IMG/VR virus record: IMGVR_UViG_3300015181_000003
Span: 1 to 43,728 of that record
DNA from: a virus
Lineage: Duplodnaviria > Heunggongvirae > Uroviricota > Caudoviricetes
Strand: one strand, 5' to 3'
DNA: 43,728 nucleotides
Shown one piece after another: positions 43,509 through 43,728 of this stretch. Each line of letters opens with the position of its first letter. Position 1 is the stretch's first letter. The notes beneath the pieces are model-generated. The model worked only from the letters and a program-made list of their open reading frames with translations. It did no database searches and was not told the DNA's origin. A program made the translations under genes and the position numbers.

Positions 43509-43728
43509 CTACTTTTCCTGTAATGCCTTGCGCTCAGCGTTATGGAACGCCGCCACCTGGGTTCCAAGCCCTTTGAACTGGTCTAGCAATTTGTTAAACG
43601 CTTCCTTAGAGAAAGGCTCGTCGTCAAAGCTCCAGCCGTTTACGACTTCTGCCGCAAGTTGCCGGTTGAGGTCTTCCGCCAGTTCGTTAACCGCCAGGTT
43701 ATATTCAGTATAGTCACCAGATTCTTTG
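43509..43728 (-). CDS. tail assembly chaperone (gpG-like), 3' portion
   Basis: Continuation of the ORF starting at 341 across the junction; 43588..43728 duplicates 1..141; stop TAG at 43509..43511. Confidence 0.5.
   Translation of the reverse strand, partial: KESGDYTEYNLAVNELAEDLNRQLAAEVVNGWSFDDEPFSKEAFNKLLDQFKGLGTQVAAFHNAERKALQEK

Noticed and set aside
43219-43713. 164-aa plus-strand ORF
   Set aside because: Antisense to the chaperone G and T coding region; the same sequence as the rejected ORF at the window start.
1-43728. CRISPR array, integrase or lysogeny module, rRNA
   Set aside because: No short direct repeats with regular spacers, no recombinase-like ORF, and no rRNA-like sequence were seen; the XRE regulator is present without a recombinase.

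Overview
The window is a complete, compact tailed-phage genome (dsDNA, siphovirus-type gene content) with no integrase or other lysogeny module detected. The first 141 nt are identical to the last 141 nt (1..141 = 43588..43728), so the unique circular length is about 43,587 bp and one gene crosses the junction. Layout: a minus-strand late block (terminase small and large subunits, portal, head morphogenesis, scaffold, major capsid, connector and neck proteins, major tail protein) runs from about 15.0 kb down to 2.9 kb. The tail block continues across the junction (chaperone G/T, tape measure, minor tail proteins, J-like fiber, tailspike; 43.7 down to 34.7 kb). A minus-strand block of about 25 small early genes plus holin and endolysin lies at 22.1 down to 15.2 kb. 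A plus-strand replication and recombination block lies at 22.5 to 34.7 kb (HTH regulator, putative primase/helicase, XRE regulator, Cas4-like nuclease, SSB-like protein, family A DNA polymerase, VRR-NUC, C5 methyltransferase, SNF2 helicase). The most interesting signals are: (1) a three-gene plus-strand module inserted in reverse orientation inside the tail cluster (Imm-like membrane protein, HTH-metallophosphoesterase fusion, small ORF) driven by a copy of the early promoter element; (2) a recurring palindromic promoter/operator motif with a divergently transcribed XRE regulator; (3) two HNH-AP2 homing-endonuclease genes, one frameshifted in a G6 run; (4) a tail K-like gene broken by an in-frame TAA; (5) spanin genes displaced about 8 kb from holin/endolysin and flanked by repeated 12-mers. 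All functional calls come from motif recall and gene context; no database search was possible. Coordinates of features not in the ORF track were anchored to track ORF ends and may be off by a few nt.
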